Assembly (NCBI GenBank): GCA_964526225.1
Contig: CAZGLL010000004.1
Location: 3,455 to 67,454 of the forward strand
Direction: 5' to 3'
DNA: 64,000 bases
DNA from: an uncultured Desulfurococcales archaeon
GTDB taxonomy: Archaea; Thermoproteota; Thermoprotei_A; EX4484-217-1
In this document: one piece after another, positions 19,745 to 30,074 of the stretch
Layout of the letters: each line of letters opens with the position of its first letter
Numbering within the stretch: the stretch's first letter is position 1
Made by a program: the position numbers and the translations under genes
The notes under the pieces: generated by a model
What the model was told of the DNA's origin: nothing
Seen by the model: only the letters and a program-made list of their open reading frames with translations
The model's database searches: none

Positions 19745-20442
19745 AGCGTTTTTAAGGGTACATTAACATCGCTTAGTTGAATCTTTAATACATGTCTTGT
19801 TGATTTTGGCGGAAACCTTTTACCCTCTCTAACAACTCTTAGAACTTCGGATTTAGGTATAGGCGGGGGAATTATAGCTACAAATGGATTCTTAGTATAA
19901 GTCTCCACTTCAGTATCGGGTATAATACTTACCTCGCACCCTAATGCTTTAACGAATTTATCAAGGAAATGTATTGTCCAGTATAGTTTGTAAATGTTTG
20001 AAAATGATAAGTCAATAACATCACCATCACTATTTAGGATTTTCACAATAAATTCCTCATTGCCATGTTCACCATCAGATGTTTTCATGAGTTTAACTAA
20101 GCTCTTTACGAAAAACCCTATATCGCAAAATCCTTCATAAATATGTGCCCATGAGCGAATTTCAGCTAATTCATAACTAATAAGCAACGCTGGAATCTTC
20201 TTAAAACCAAGTTTTCTAGCTAAAGTAACTCTGTGTGTACCATCAAGAACGGTTAGTGTTGTTTTTTCGACTATTATAGGTCTTTTAATGACGCCGTCAT
20301 TTAGAATTTCTTTTTCAAGCTCCTCTAAATGTTTAGCAATATGATGTTCATGAAGCTTTAGAGAGTCAACACTAACTAAGGCGTATCTGAAAGCTTTACG
20401 CTGTTTGGCGATTGCATTTTTAGAGACCACAAGAAACACCAC
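19732..20442 (-). CDS. ParB/Srx-fold protein, SerK/SbnI-like free serine kinase family
   Basis: LHE, LDGTHR and C-terminal GKRFPPKSTRHV motifs. Confidence 0.65.
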   Translation of the reverse strand: MVFLVVSKNAIAKQRKAFRYALVSVDSLKLHEHHIAKHLEELEKEILNDGVIKRPIIVEKTTLTVLDGTHRVTLARKLGFKKIPALLISYELAEIRSWAHIYEGFCDIGFFVKSLVKLMKTSDGEHGNEEFIVKILNSDGDVIDLSFSNIYKLYWTIHFLDKFVKALGCEVSIIPDTEVETYTKNPFVAIIPPPIPKSEVLRVVREGKRFPPKSTRHVLKIQLSDVNVPLKTLYDE

Positions 20443-20778
20443 ATATGAGTGATTAGCGATTATAGAATAGGCTTAATTGAGCAAGCCAGTGTTTAGAAAA
20501 CTACCCTACCAACAACACCAGCTACAGAAGAAGCCCCCTAAGAAAACATTCTTGCTAAACATCCCTGTATAGGGGGCTTCTTTCACTATAGAGCACCTAA
20601 TATCATATCGTAACCTTAATGTATTTAAGAATTTTCTTTGTTGTTATTTTAAATATCCTCTTTATTTAAGAGGAAAGTGTTTAACGTTATTACTCTAATT
20701 TACGAAAGCTATATTATCCCCCTAGGAAACCACTTCTTTAATGGTGTGCTCTCCACCTCTTTTAGCTCGATGAGCCCC

Positions 20779-21357
20779 CTAACACCCTTCCCAACCCCCT
20801 TTTCTCATTACATATACGTTATCTACGAATTTTAATAAATCTATAATGAATTTTCTTTCTCTATATCCTATTCTAGGAAATTTACCATCGATTTTCTTTC
20901 CAAAATAACTATTTGCAATAAAGGTTTCTGATTCCATTATGCATGCATCAACATCTTCAAATGGGCCTGCATGAGCATATATTGAGAGATCATTTATTAT
21001 AAGTATTTTCGTAGGATTAGCAACATACTCATCGAGTAGGGGTTTTAGCTTCTTAAAGTTCATAATAGCGTATCTTAACGCTTCGTCCTCACTCTTACTT
21101 GACAGTCTCGGAGGAATTATTTCTTCCGAGAAGTATCTAACATTTTTAAGATATTTGATATCTATGTAGTCAGTTATTTTGCCTCCTGCACCTAATATTC
21201 TCTTAGGGGCCATATCTATTACTGTTATTTCCCTACTTAACCTCATAGCTATGAGGCTAAGTAGTATTTTGGCCGACAACGCTGTTTTTCCTGAACCTAC
21301 TTCACCTATTATTAGCGTTCTTTTACCAAGAAGAGATACGGCTGAGATATCCTGCAC
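20779..21357 (-). CDS. Small P-loop NTPase
   Basis: Walker A GEVGSGKT, VIDMAP and a Walker B-like LIIND. Confidence 0.7.
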   Translation of the reverse strand: MQDISAVSLLGKRTLIIGEVGSGKTALSAKILLSLIAMRLSREITVIDMAPKRILGAGGKITDYIDIKYLKNVRYFSEEIIPPRLSSKSEDEALRYAIMNFKKLKPLLDEYVANPTKILIINDLSIYAHAGPFEDVDACIMESETFIANSYFGKKIDGKFPRIGYRERKFIIDLLKFVDNVYVMRKGGWEGC

Positions 21358-21859
21358 GCTTTAGCACCTTTAAAACTGCGAAGCCCATTATAGACCCCAT
21401 AACTGAACTTACACCAAAAATAAACCATACTGGAATAAGAGCCCCCGTTAATCTTAAATCGCCTATTAGAGGAGCTACTAAATATACTGAAAGAGTTCCT
21501 CCTATGAAAACTGTTCCAAGAGGTTCACTAAAGGCAGCATATTCTATTTTATCGTTTCTTCCTAATTTCTTTAGAAGCCATGTAAAAAAACCTACAATAA
21601 CTCCCCCAGGTATTCCACCCGGAAAAGCGTAAATAGTTCCAACACCTAAAATGTTTCTAATTATTCCAACAATTGTAGCTACAACGAAAGCCCATAATGG
21701 GCCGAGAGTTACTCCAATAACGGAATTCAGTAGGTGCTGTCCTGGAAAAGCCTTAGTTGTAATGAACGGTATCTGAAGAAACGGTGCTAAAACTACACCC
21801 AAAGCAGAATATATAGCTACTAAAGCCACCTTCTTAGTTAGCGCTTTACCCTCGACCAT
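21323..21859 (-). CDS. thiW: ECF transporter S component ThiW
   Basis: KAFPGQHLLN, GTIYAFPGG and EPLGTVFIG motifs in a hydrophobic protein. Confidence 0.88.
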   Translation of the reverse strand: MVEGKALTKKVALVAIYSALGVVLAPFLQIPFITTKAFPGQHLLNSVIGVTLGPLWAFVVATIVGIIRNILGVGTIYAFPGGIPGGVIVGFFTWLLKKLGRNDKIEYAAFSEPLGTVFIGGTLSVYLVAPLIGDLRLTGALIPVWFIFGVSSVMGSIMGFAVLKVLKRAGYLSRISSW

Positions 21860-22046
21860 ACCTTACCTCGTATTGAAATTAAACTTCGGTTCTAAGAGTT
21901 TTTCGCAAATAAAATAATATAGACAGGATAGGATATTCCCAGAGAAAAATGTAGAGCACGGTTTATACAGTTGTTGATATAAATCATAGCGAATTAAACT
22001 TAAGTATAACAAAATAGCTACTAAGCCTAAGAAGGTCCGATGCATC

Positions 22047-22595
22047 ATGGGTAAAATAGGTTCTGGAGTTAAAGCAGGGTTTATTGGCGGACTCGTTTCT
22101 GGAGTATTTATTGCATCAGTAAACATCATAATAATGACTGTTTACAAGGAAGCATACATTAATATGTTCAAAAAGGCTTCTGAAAAACTAACTGAAGAAT
22201 ACGGAGTAGAGCTCCCGCAGGGTTCTCCTGAAGAAGTTGCCTTAGTAATGTATAATTTATCGAGAATTCAAGGAAGCATTTATGCTATATTAATGGCTGT
22301 AATTATAGGGATTGTTGTTGGAGCTATTGTAGCTAAGTTTTACGGAAAACTCCCATTTAAAAACCCTCTTGCTAAAGCTTTGCTAATATCATATATCATA
22401 TTAGCTATTAAGACAAGTCTTTCACTTGCCTTTTCAGGTATAGGGGGGTTTAAGCCGGAGGAGCTAGGTGTCTCACAAGAGATCACAGTATTAAGCTACA
22501 TTACGGATATAGTATCCCACACTATCTTAGGATTAGTTATTGGAGCACTTTACGGTAAGTGGGTGCTGAAGGCCGAAGAAGCTCTTGAACTCTAA
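22047..22595 (+). CDS. Hypothetical membrane protein (about 4 TM)
   Basis: Four hydrophobic segments; first gene of the ABC operon. Confidence 0.7.
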   Translation: MGKIGSGVKAGFIGGLVSGVFIASVNIIIMTVYKEAYINMFKKASEKLTEEYGVELPQGSPEEVALVMYNLSRIQGSIYAILMAVIIGIVVGAIVAKFYGKLPFKNPLAKALLISYIILAIKTSLSLAFSGIGGFKPEELGVSQEITVLSYITDIVSHTILGLVIGALYGKWVLKAEEALEL

Positions 22596-22606
22596 AGTGA
22601 TCAGCA

Positions 22607-23302
22607 ATGACTGAAAAGCTGAAGACCGTATATAGGGTTGTTAATGTATCTAAGATTTATGGTAAGGGTAGGCTTGCCGTTAAAGCTTTAAAAAATGTCA
22701 CATTTGATGTTTTGAAAGGGGAACTCCTCGTCATAATGGGTCCTTCTGGTTCAGGTAAGACAACACTGCTTAACATTCTAGGGTTACTTGACAAACCAAC
22801 ATCGGGAAAAGTGTTTTTCTTAGGTAGGGATGTTAGCTTATTAGGTGATGCTGAAGCTTCGAAGTTCAGAGCTAAATATATAGGCTTCGTTTTTCAACAA
22901 TTCAACTTAATACCTTGGCTTACCGCCTTAGAGAATGTTGAAATAGCCTTAGCCATAGGGAAATACCCTAGGAAATTGAGGAAGAAGAGAGCTTTTGAAC
23001 TACTTGAAATGGTAGGGTTAGGTGGAAGAATTAATCATAGACCTAGGGAGCTTAGCGGTGGTGAGCAACAGAGAGTTGCTATTGCCAGAGCTTTAGCTAA
23101 TGATCCTTACGTAATATTGGCCGATGAGCCTACAGGAAACTTGGATAGTAAAAGTGGAGCTCAAATAATTTCTATACTTAAGAGGCTTTCTAGGGAGGGA
23201 AAAACGGTTATTGTAGTTACACACAATCTTCAAATAGCTGAAGTGGCTGATAGAATACTGATCTTAAGAGATGGAATGCTTGTGAAGGAGAAAATACCAT
23301 GA
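22607..23302 (+). CDS. ABC transporter ATP-binding protein (LolD/MacB type)
   Basis: GPSGSGKT, LSGGEQQRVAIARAL and ADEPTGNLD motifs. Confidence 0.95.
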   Translation: MTEKLKTVYRVVNVSKIYGKGRLAVKALKNVTFDVLKGELLVIMGPSGSGKTTLLNILGLLDKPTSGKVFFLGRDVSLLGDAEASKFRAKYIGFVFQQFNLIPWLTALENVEIALAIGKYPRKLRKKRAFELLEMVGLGGRINHRPRELSGGEQQRVAIARALANDPYVILADEPTGNLDSKSGAQIISILKRLSREGKTVIVVTHNLQIAEVADRILILRDGMLVKEKIP

Positions 23303-25518
23303 AATACAAAGTCATATACACAATATTGATAATATCGCTCATAATTATATCTACGATCTCGCCAATAATAGTTAAAGCCTACACTAAACCACTATATCCA
23401 TTAATGTTCCTAGGAGCTTCATGGACAACAAGTGACGGTAAATCACCGTATCCTAATACTATAGCTACTTTGACACTTTACTTCACTCCAAGAAACGATG
23501 AAGGCATAGAAGATCTTCTCGTAAGATTGCAACTTCCGAAGCCTCTTTCTTCAGAAGATGGTGGATCATCAATTTATCTAGCTCATCCAGAATTTGTGGC
23601 TAAGGGTGAAATTATAGAGTTAAAAACAAACATTATAATACCTGCTGATGCCGAACCTGGAATATACTCTTTCGTAGCATATGTGCAGTACAAAATACCT
23701 ATAAGCAAGTACGTTAAGGAGCAAAAAGGAACCACCTTCTCATTTCAGCTTTCACTTTACGAGAAACCCTCTTTAACAATTAATGCTAAGCTTCTGAAGC
23801 TTAACCCAGACTCAATAAATACTTTAGAATTCGAATTATTTTTCAACGGCACAGTAGAGTCTAGTGTAAGCGTTAGTGTAAGTTCAAATGATATTTCAAT
23901 ATTGAATTACACGCCAACAACAATACATGTTTCACCCGGAGAAAGTTTTAAAGTTAAAGTTAAGGCGTACGTTCCACCATACGATAAACTCATGAAACCT
24001 TTAGTTAGCGTTAATGTTAAAGCGTCTGTAAAGCAGCTTGACCATATTACTGAAACAGCTAGTACATTCTACTACTTAGTTTTAGATAATAGGGAGCCTT
24101 TAATTAAACTAGATACTATAAGAACAAGGTACATGAACGGAGTAGTCACAATAGACGGTATTGTTAAAAACTTTGGGAATAAATCGGTATCAAACCTTAC
24201 AGTTGAAATTACTTCCGAGTCACCAAATGTTATAGTAGAAAATGATTTAGTAAATATCGGAGTTTTAAATCCCGGGGAGAGAAAAAGCTTTGAAGTAACA
24301 TTAAAAACCTTAAGTTCAGAGAATATTTCAATAGAGTTTTCAATAATGTTCTTTAGCGATAAACCTTATGAGCTAAGAAAGCATTACAGAATAAGCTTAC
24401 CTACAGACATCAGCGACCTTGTTAAAGTAAGTTATGAGATAAACAATGGGGAACCGTTGAAACTTGGCGAAATAAACACTTTAACTCTAACGGTAATTTC
24501 CAATACGCAACTTGAAATTACAAATGTTGTTGCTGAACTTATCCTTCCAGAGATTTTCGGAAGCAAAATAGTGCAGTCATATAGTAGAACATTAGATTTC
24601 GGTGAAGAAGCAAAGTTCAGCTTTAACTTCTACCTTCCAGATACATTACCTATAACATCATATGAAGTACCATTAACAATAAGGTTGGCGATTACTGTTG
24701 AAAAAGGGCTATTTACTCTTGAGAAAACGCTTAATGTTGTCGGGGAAGTTGTTGAAAAACCGGAGTTTCTGATAAACCTAGGAACGTACGGTATAAAACA
24801 AGCTATGGAGCAAGACATAGTATTTTACATTCAGAATAAGGGCTTAGTGCCTACTAAAGTAACCATTTCTGCTAGTTCAAACCAGCTATCCATTCTCTCA
24901 CTAAATCCACAATACATATTACTTGATCCTGGAGAAAAAGCCAAAATCGTAGCTAAAGTCTACTGTCCAATGTTAAGTGAAAACGTAGAGACCGCCACTA
25001 TGAATTTAGAGTTAAAGTATAAGTGGAAAGGTGTTGAAGAATATATCTCAAAAACATTCCAAATACCAGTAGTTAGAGAAGCAAAACTGAGAATTGTAGA
25101 ACTACAACAAACACAGAGCGAAGATAGGGTAATAATTAAGGGGCAACTTGTAAACATAGGTGATGCTAAAGCAAAATATGTAACATTAGCATCCAAGGTT
25201 GTTAAAGGAAACGTTTCAATAGATAATCCAACAGTGTACTTAGGAGATCTAGATTCTGGTGAAGGAACAAGATTCTCCATATATACTAGAACATTAGGTG
25301 TAATGGAGGCTAAAATACTATTAACAATAGATTATCAGCAACCTAATAGGACTTGGAGCAGTATATCTAAGGAAATAACGATTCACTTCAAACAAGAGAT
25401 TAAAGAAACAAGTAAGGTAGGCATGGAGTTTAGTGAAATAGCGTTACCGATACTTGGAGTTGTAGCGTCAATTATCGCAGTAGCTGTTATCTTGATCAAA
25501 TATGTTAAGAGGAAGTAG
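23299..25518 (+). CDS. S-layer-domain (COG1361-type) Ig-like repeat surface protein
   Basis: Signal peptide, repeated beta-sandwich motifs (KNFGN...LNPGE, VNIGD...LDSGE) and a C-terminal TM anchor. Confidence 0.75.
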   Translation: MKYKVIYTILIISLIIISTISPIIVKAYTKPLYPLMFLGASWTTSDGKSPYPNTIATLTLYFTPRNDEGIEDLLVRLQLPKPLSSEDGGSSIYLAHPEFVAKGEIIELKTNIIIPADAEPGIYSFVAYVQYKIPISKYVKEQKGTTFSFQLSLYEKPSLTINAKLLKLNPDSINTLEFELFFNGTVESSVSVSVSSNDISILNYTPTTIHVSPGESFKVKVKAYVPPYDKLMKPLVSVNVKASVKQLDHITETASTFYYLVLDNREPLIKLDTIRTRYMNGVVTIDGIVKNFGNKSVSNLTVEITSESPNVIVENDLVNIGVLNPGERKSFEVTLKTLSSENISIEFSIMFFSDKPYELRKHYRISLPTDISDLVKVSYEINNGEPLKLGEINTLTLTVISNTQLEITNVVAELILPEIFGSKIVQSYSRTLDFGEEAKFSFNFYLPDTLPITSYEVPLTIRLAITVEKGLFTLEKTLNVVGEVVEKPEFLINLGTYGIKQAMEQDIVFYIQNKGLVPTKVTISASSNQLSILSLNPQYILLDPGEKAKIVAKVYCPMLSENVETATMNLELKYKWKGVEEYISKTFQIPVVREAKLRIVELQQTQSEDRVIIKGQLVNIGDAKAKYVTLASKVVKGNVSIDNPTVYLGDLDSGEGTRFSIYTRTLGVMEAKILLTIDYQQPNRTWSSISKEITIHFKQEIKETSKVGMEFSEIALPILGVVASIIAVAVILIKYVKRK

Positions 25519-25523
25519 CTAAA

Positions 25524-26726
25524 GTGAACCTATGGGACCTTCTAGTTTTCTCCTTCAAAGGGCTTAAAAGCCAGAGCCTAAGATCAGCGTTGACACTCTT
25601 AGGTATACTTATTGGTGTAATGTTGCTAGCACTAGTTTTCTCCGTAAGCGATAGTGTAACATACTCTATAGCTAATATTTTCGCTAAAGGAGGTCTCAAC
25701 AATATCTACGTTTTTTCATCAACAAAACCTTTCGAGTGGTACGATATAAGACAGCTAGAAAATATACCACACATTGTAGCTATTTCACCTTATGCTTCGT
25801 TTTCCGGTAAAATAGATTTTGGAGTATTTGAGAAAGACATAACATTAATAGGTGTTCCTCCCGAAAACCTTCACCTCATAATCCCCGATGTGAAAACCTA
25901 TGAGGGTATAGCATCAATAACAACTTCTGAAAGTTGCTTAGTAGGATTTAATGTTGCATCCGAAGCTGAGAAGGATGGGTTTCCCATACGTGTAGGAGAT
26001 ACATTATATGTTAGAGTAGGCCAAGCTAAGGTGCCGTTTAAAGTTGAGGGTTTACTTGAAAAATACGGGTTCACACCCGTAGGACCTATTGACGAAGCAT
26101 TAATAGTTCCATATAGTGTAATAGAGGAAATATACTTCAAAGTTACCGGTACTCGAAGGAGGGGCTACAATCAGCTCGTAATAGCAGTTGATGATGTCGA
26201 CAATGTAGATTTCGTTATTGAACAAATAAGAGATCTTTTCGAAAAAGATGTTGGTGTTTTCGCAATAAAATACATTATTAAATCAGTCATGGATTCTATG
26301 AGGTTTTTCACGTTAATAATTGGAAGTGTAGCATCCGTTACGCTTATCGTAGCAGCTATAGGCGTAATGAATGCTATGTTCACAACAGTTATGGAGAGAA
26401 TAAGGATAATAGGTGTTCTAAGAGCTTTAGGACTAAGGAGACATATGGTTCTCTTAAACATACTTATTGAGGCTCTAACTTTAGCGGCAATAGCCTTAGT
26501 TGCAGGTTTGCCCTTAGGTGTTTTCATAGGTAAAGCGCTTATAGAAGGAGGAATGTTTACACCTTCAGGACCCAGAGGCTCTCTTGGAACAATAAGCTTT
26601 ACGATAACACCTAATTCATTAACACTAATAATTACGGTGACTATAGCATTAACTTTGATTGGCGCATTACCTCCAGCATATAGAGCATCTAAGCTCGAAC
26701 CTGCTGAGGCATTAAGATATGAGTAA
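25524..26726 (+). CDS. ABC transporter permease (MacB/FtsX family)
   Basis: RSALTLLGILIG, VMERIRIIGVLRALG and PAYRASKLEPAEALRYE motifs. Confidence 0.92.
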   Translation: MNLWDLLVFSFKGLKSQSLRSALTLLGILIGVMLLALVFSVSDSVTYSIANIFAKGGLNNIYVFSSTKPFEWYDIRQLENIPHIVAISPYASFSGKIDFGVFEKDITLIGVPPENLHLIIPDVKTYEGIASITTSESCLVGFNVASEAEKDGFPIRVGDTLYVRVGQAKVPFKVEGLLEKYGFTPVGPIDEALIVPYSVIEEIYFKVTGTRRRGYNQLVIAVDDVDNVDFVIEQIRDLFEKDVGVFAIKYIIKSVMDSMRFFTLIIGSVASVTLIVAAIGVMNAMFTTVMERIRIIGVLRALGLRRHMVLLNILIEALTLAAIALVAGLPLGVFIGKALIEGGMFTPSGPRGSLGTISFTITPNSLTLIITVTIALTLIGALPPAYRASKLEPAEALRYE

Positions 26727-27609
26727 CGATGTTAAAATACCTATTAATGAACCCTATGACCTAAATCTGACGCTTTATCCATCATTTAATCTTGCTTTCT
26801 TCGAGAGAAGAGGAAACATCTGGGTTAAGGTTGTGGGGAGTCATTTAGGATTAAAACTTAGTTTAAAGAGGCACTTTTTAAGCGCGAACATAGACGATAT
26901 TGAAGCAGTTCTTAACTATTCTGGACTATGGTTTAATCCAGTCATGTACATTAGGGATGCAAACGATCAATTTAAGGATGTTGTTTTTGAATTAATAAGA
27001 TTCTACGGTAAGTTAAGACTGTCAATTAATCCGTATGATAAAGAAGCTATGTTTGTAACGATAGTTTTATCTCAGAGAACAGATTTTCACGTAAACGTTG
27101 TAAGATGGGTTAAAAAGATGTTTTCAAAGGGAAAACCTGACTTCAGCATTGGTAGAAGCTATCAGTTAAGAAGAGCTCGGGAAGCGTTTAGTTCATGCAT
27201 TGAAATTTTAAGGAAAGATTCAGCAAGAGAATATAGTGATTTATGGAGTCTAAGGAAGGATTTGTTATCTAAATGTAGGAATGTTGGTGTAAAAACAGCT
27301 GATGCATATTTGCTATTCACTAGAAGAAACGCTACATGGCTAGCACCCGTCGATATTCATTTTAAAAGGTTTATACGTTACATTTTCAATGTAGAGAAGG
27401 AAAACCCTCGGAAAAACTATTGTACTAAATATTTATGTCATAGATGTCCATTTAAGAACGAATGCGCTACTTATTGGGCTTTAAAATCTTTTAAGAAGCT
27501 TGCTGGCTGGATTCAAACAGTAGCTTATGTACATGATAAACTCTATTGTTCGAAGAGAAAATGCAGTATTTGTCCTTTGTCTAGGTTTTGTAAGGGAAAG
27601 TTAGATTAA
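26719..27609 (+). CDS. HhH-GPD superfamily DNA glycosylase/lyase-like protein
   Basis: VLSQRT, HhH NVGVKTADAYLLF, APVDIH and Cys clusters. Confidence 0.75.
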   Translation: MSNDVKIPINEPYDLNLTLYPSFNLAFFERRGNIWVKVVGSHLGLKLSLKRHFLSANIDDIEAVLNYSGLWFNPVMYIRDANDQFKDVVFELIRFYGKLRLSINPYDKEAMFVTIVLSQRTDFHVNVVRWVKKMFSKGKPDFSIGRSYQLRRAREAFSSCIEILRKDSAREYSDLWSLRKDLLSKCRNVGVKTADAYLLFTRRNATWLAPVDIHFKRFIRYIFNVEKENPRKNYCTKYLCHRCPFKNECATYWALKSFKKLAGWIQTVAYVHDKLYCSKRKCSICPLSRFCKGKLD

Positions 27610-28365
27610 TTCTTCAGGAATATTATCAGGTCTATATGCTATTTTAGGTTTTAAGCCATATTTACGTAAAATTTCAACTACGTGAGGATATAGGAATACA
27701 TATTCCGGTTCAAGTTCTTCAACTAATACCTCATCTATTTCCTTAAGTTTTCCGATAAGCTTCTCTACATCTTTCTTATCGCAGAAGCTCATCATAACCG
27801 CTGGATGAACGGAAACGGAGTGGTCAAGTAGGTTTTTTAATGCTCTAAACTGTAACTCATAAGCTTCAGGTTTTGCTCCAGTAAGTTTTACGAATTCATC
27901 CTTAGAACAACCTTTAATAGAAACTCTTACATGTAAATTTCTAAATTTTGAAAGTTCACGAGCATAATCCCTGTATGCACCTAGTAAAATGCCGTTGGTT
28001 TCAAGTATAAACAGGTACCTTGTTTGCGAAAGCTTTTCTAAAAGGGAAACTAAATGAACCCTACTTATTGTAGGTTCTCCGCCGCTAACCCTTAACTGCC
28101 TATATCTTCTCCTAGAGGCGATTCTAATGAGTTTCTCAGCAACTTCTTCAGCTGAGTAAAATTTACCATATTGCGACATAAAGTCACGTGGTTTCCAACT
28201 CCAACAGAACCTACATCTTAGATTACATCCTACACAATCAGCTGTAGCTATTCCCCCATACCATCTACCACCTCTAAAACGATAATACTTCCTAAGTTCT
28301 TCCCCGCCTACCTCTTTAACAACAACTTTTCTAACGATTTCCGTAAGTTCTAGAGGATCGTACAT
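27601..28365 (-). CDS. Radical SAM protein
   Basis: CNLRCRFC (CxxxCxxC), SGGEP and ETNG motifs. Confidence 0.9.
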   Translation of the reverse strand: MYDPLELTEIVRKVVVKEVGGEELRKYYRFRGGRWYGGIATADCVGCNLRCRFCWSWKPRDFMSQYGKFYSAEEVAEKLIRIASRRRYRQLRVSGGEPTISRVHLVSLLEKLSQTRYLFILETNGILLGAYRDYARELSKFRNLHVRVSIKGCSKDEFVKLTGAKPEAYELQFRALKNLLDHSVSVHPAVMMSFCDKKDVEKLIGKLKEIDEVLVEELEPEYVFLYPHVVEILRKYGLKPKIAYRPDNIPEELI

Positions 28366-28427
28366 TTACTTCCCTAAATTTCAAATATGTTTTCCCAGTA
28401 GTTATTTCTCTAGGCGGTGAAGCTATT

Positions 28428-29342
28428 TTGAGATTTGCTGAAATAGCTATTGCCGAAGAAGTTAATGTTCCATTGAAAATCCCTGAAGGAACAATCTACA
28501 GTTTTTTCGATTCACCATACATAGGGCATAGAAATGAAACAGCTATTGACATTTACTTTAAGGATAGAGAAGCGCTACTTCCAGTAGATGAAGCTGTAGT
28601 TAAAGAAATTAGATGGTTTAATTCCCCCAAATACAGGCCAGACGGCTCCGAAAAAGAACCACTTATAGTGTTTAAAATACGTGAAGGCGTAGTTTTGAAG
28701 ACTCTCCATGTTGAGCCGAAGGTTAACGTTGGAGAAAAGCTTCGCCTAGGAGACTACATTGGGAAATGCATTGCCTCAGGATATTTTTGTCCATGGAGTG
28801 GAATTCACGCTCACATAGAAGTGAGATCCGAAAGGGATCCGTATAGAGCTCGAGGAGCCTATAAGTTAAACATCGAACCTACAGTAAGGAAAATTTTAGC
28901 TGAAATAAATAATGCTAACATAAAGTTTTCTGAAGAACCATTAGTTTTCAATGTTGTAAGCGTTGAGAAACACTACATGTGGGTTAAATTCAAAAACAAT
29001 ATTGGAAAAAAGCCTACGGCTCTAATGTTAATGGGCGAATTCGGCGGTATTTGCGCTATGGATGCAGGCATACCATACTATGGCATTGGAGGGTGCTTAG
29101 GTAGATCATTTAGGCAAGGTGAAAAGCTTCTAGCAAATAAAAGGAACATTGTTGGTTTAGTTACTAAGTCTTATGAAAAAGCTTCCCTATTTACTTCAAT
29201 AGCTGAAACCTATGTAGGCAAAGTTAAGGTTAGAGGAATAGGAACATACATTGGAACCGATTTAGCGAAAATAGTCTTTTTCGAAGAAAACCCTTGGAAG
29301 GAAGGGGACGAAGAAGAACTTGTATTTAAACAGATAATGTAG
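28428..29342 (+). CDS. Hypothetical protein with an M23 peptidase-like motif
   Basis: H...AID and HAHIEVR, similar to the HxxxD/HxH pattern of M23 metallopeptidases. Confidence 0.55.
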   Translation: MRFAEIAIAEEVNVPLKIPEGTIYSFFDSPYIGHRNETAIDIYFKDREALLPVDEAVVKEIRWFNSPKYRPDGSEKEPLIVFKIREGVVLKTLHVEPKVNVGEKLRLGDYIGKCIASGYFCPWSGIHAHIEVRSERDPYRARGAYKLNIEPTVRKILAEINNANIKFSEEPLVFNVVSVEKHYMWVKFKNNIGKKPTALMLMGEFGGICAMDAGIPYYGIGGCLGRSFRQGEKLLANKRNIVGLVTKSYEKASLFTSIAETYVGKVKVRGIGTYIGTDLAKIVFFEENPWKEGDEEELVFKQIM

Positions 29343-29347
29343 CTAAT

Positions 29348-30046
29348 TTGCAGGTGAATAATGAAGTGAATGTGGAATTAATTGCCCTAGACTACCATGG
29401 AACAATATCAGATAGAAAAGGTAGAGGATTATGGACTGTTCGATCGGAAGTCATAGAAGCGCTCATTAAGGCGAGAAAAGCAGGGCTGAAAATAGCCATA
29501 ATAACTAGTGGTACTGGGAAAACTGTTCCTCAGAAGGTTAAGAGTTTAGCACATGTTTTAGCCTTCGAAAATGGCTCAGTATTCCACTATGGCGGAAAAG
29601 TATATGTTAATAAGCCGAACAGTTGGGATAGTATAAGACATATTCTCCTCAATTCTAAGCTTAAGCCAAAAGCTGTAGGAAAGGTAGTTATAATATATGG
29701 AGCCAAGGTTCGTGGAGAACTTGAAGAAATACTTCATACTCATGGTCTTTTTGACTATGTTTGTATTGTTAAGAACATAAACAGGCTTATAGTTGCTCCT
29801 AAAGGATACGGTAAAGACAGAGCATTAAAAACAGTAAGGAAGCTACTAAATGTTAAAGGAGCAATTATGGCCATTGGTGATGGTGAAAACGATTACTATC
29901 TACTAAGAGAAGCAGACATAGGCGTAGCACCAGCTAACGCTGTAGATGAGATAAAAGAAATAGCTGATTACATTTGCGATAAACCCGATGGCTTATGTGT
30001 TAAAGAGGTTGTCGACAAAATCTTGGAAAGAGGGCTTCTTAGCTAA
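29348..30046 (+). CDS. HAD-superfamily hydrolase (Cof/phosphoglycolate phosphatase-like)
   Basis: LDYHGTI, FENG, GKDRAL and GDGEND motifs. Confidence 0.85.
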   Translation: MQVNNEVNVELIALDYHGTISDRKGRGLWTVRSEVIEALIKARKAGLKIAIITSGTGKTVPQKVKSLAHVLAFENGSVFHYGGKVYVNKPNSWDSIRHILLNSKLKPKAVGKVVIIYGAKVRGELEEILHTHGLFDYVCIVKNINRLIVAPKGYGKDRALKTVRKLLNVKGAIMAIGDGENDYYLLREADIGVAPANAVDEIKEIADYICDKPDGLCVKEVVDKILERGLLS

Positions 30047-30074
30047 AAAATATGTATTACCGAATAAATATTAG

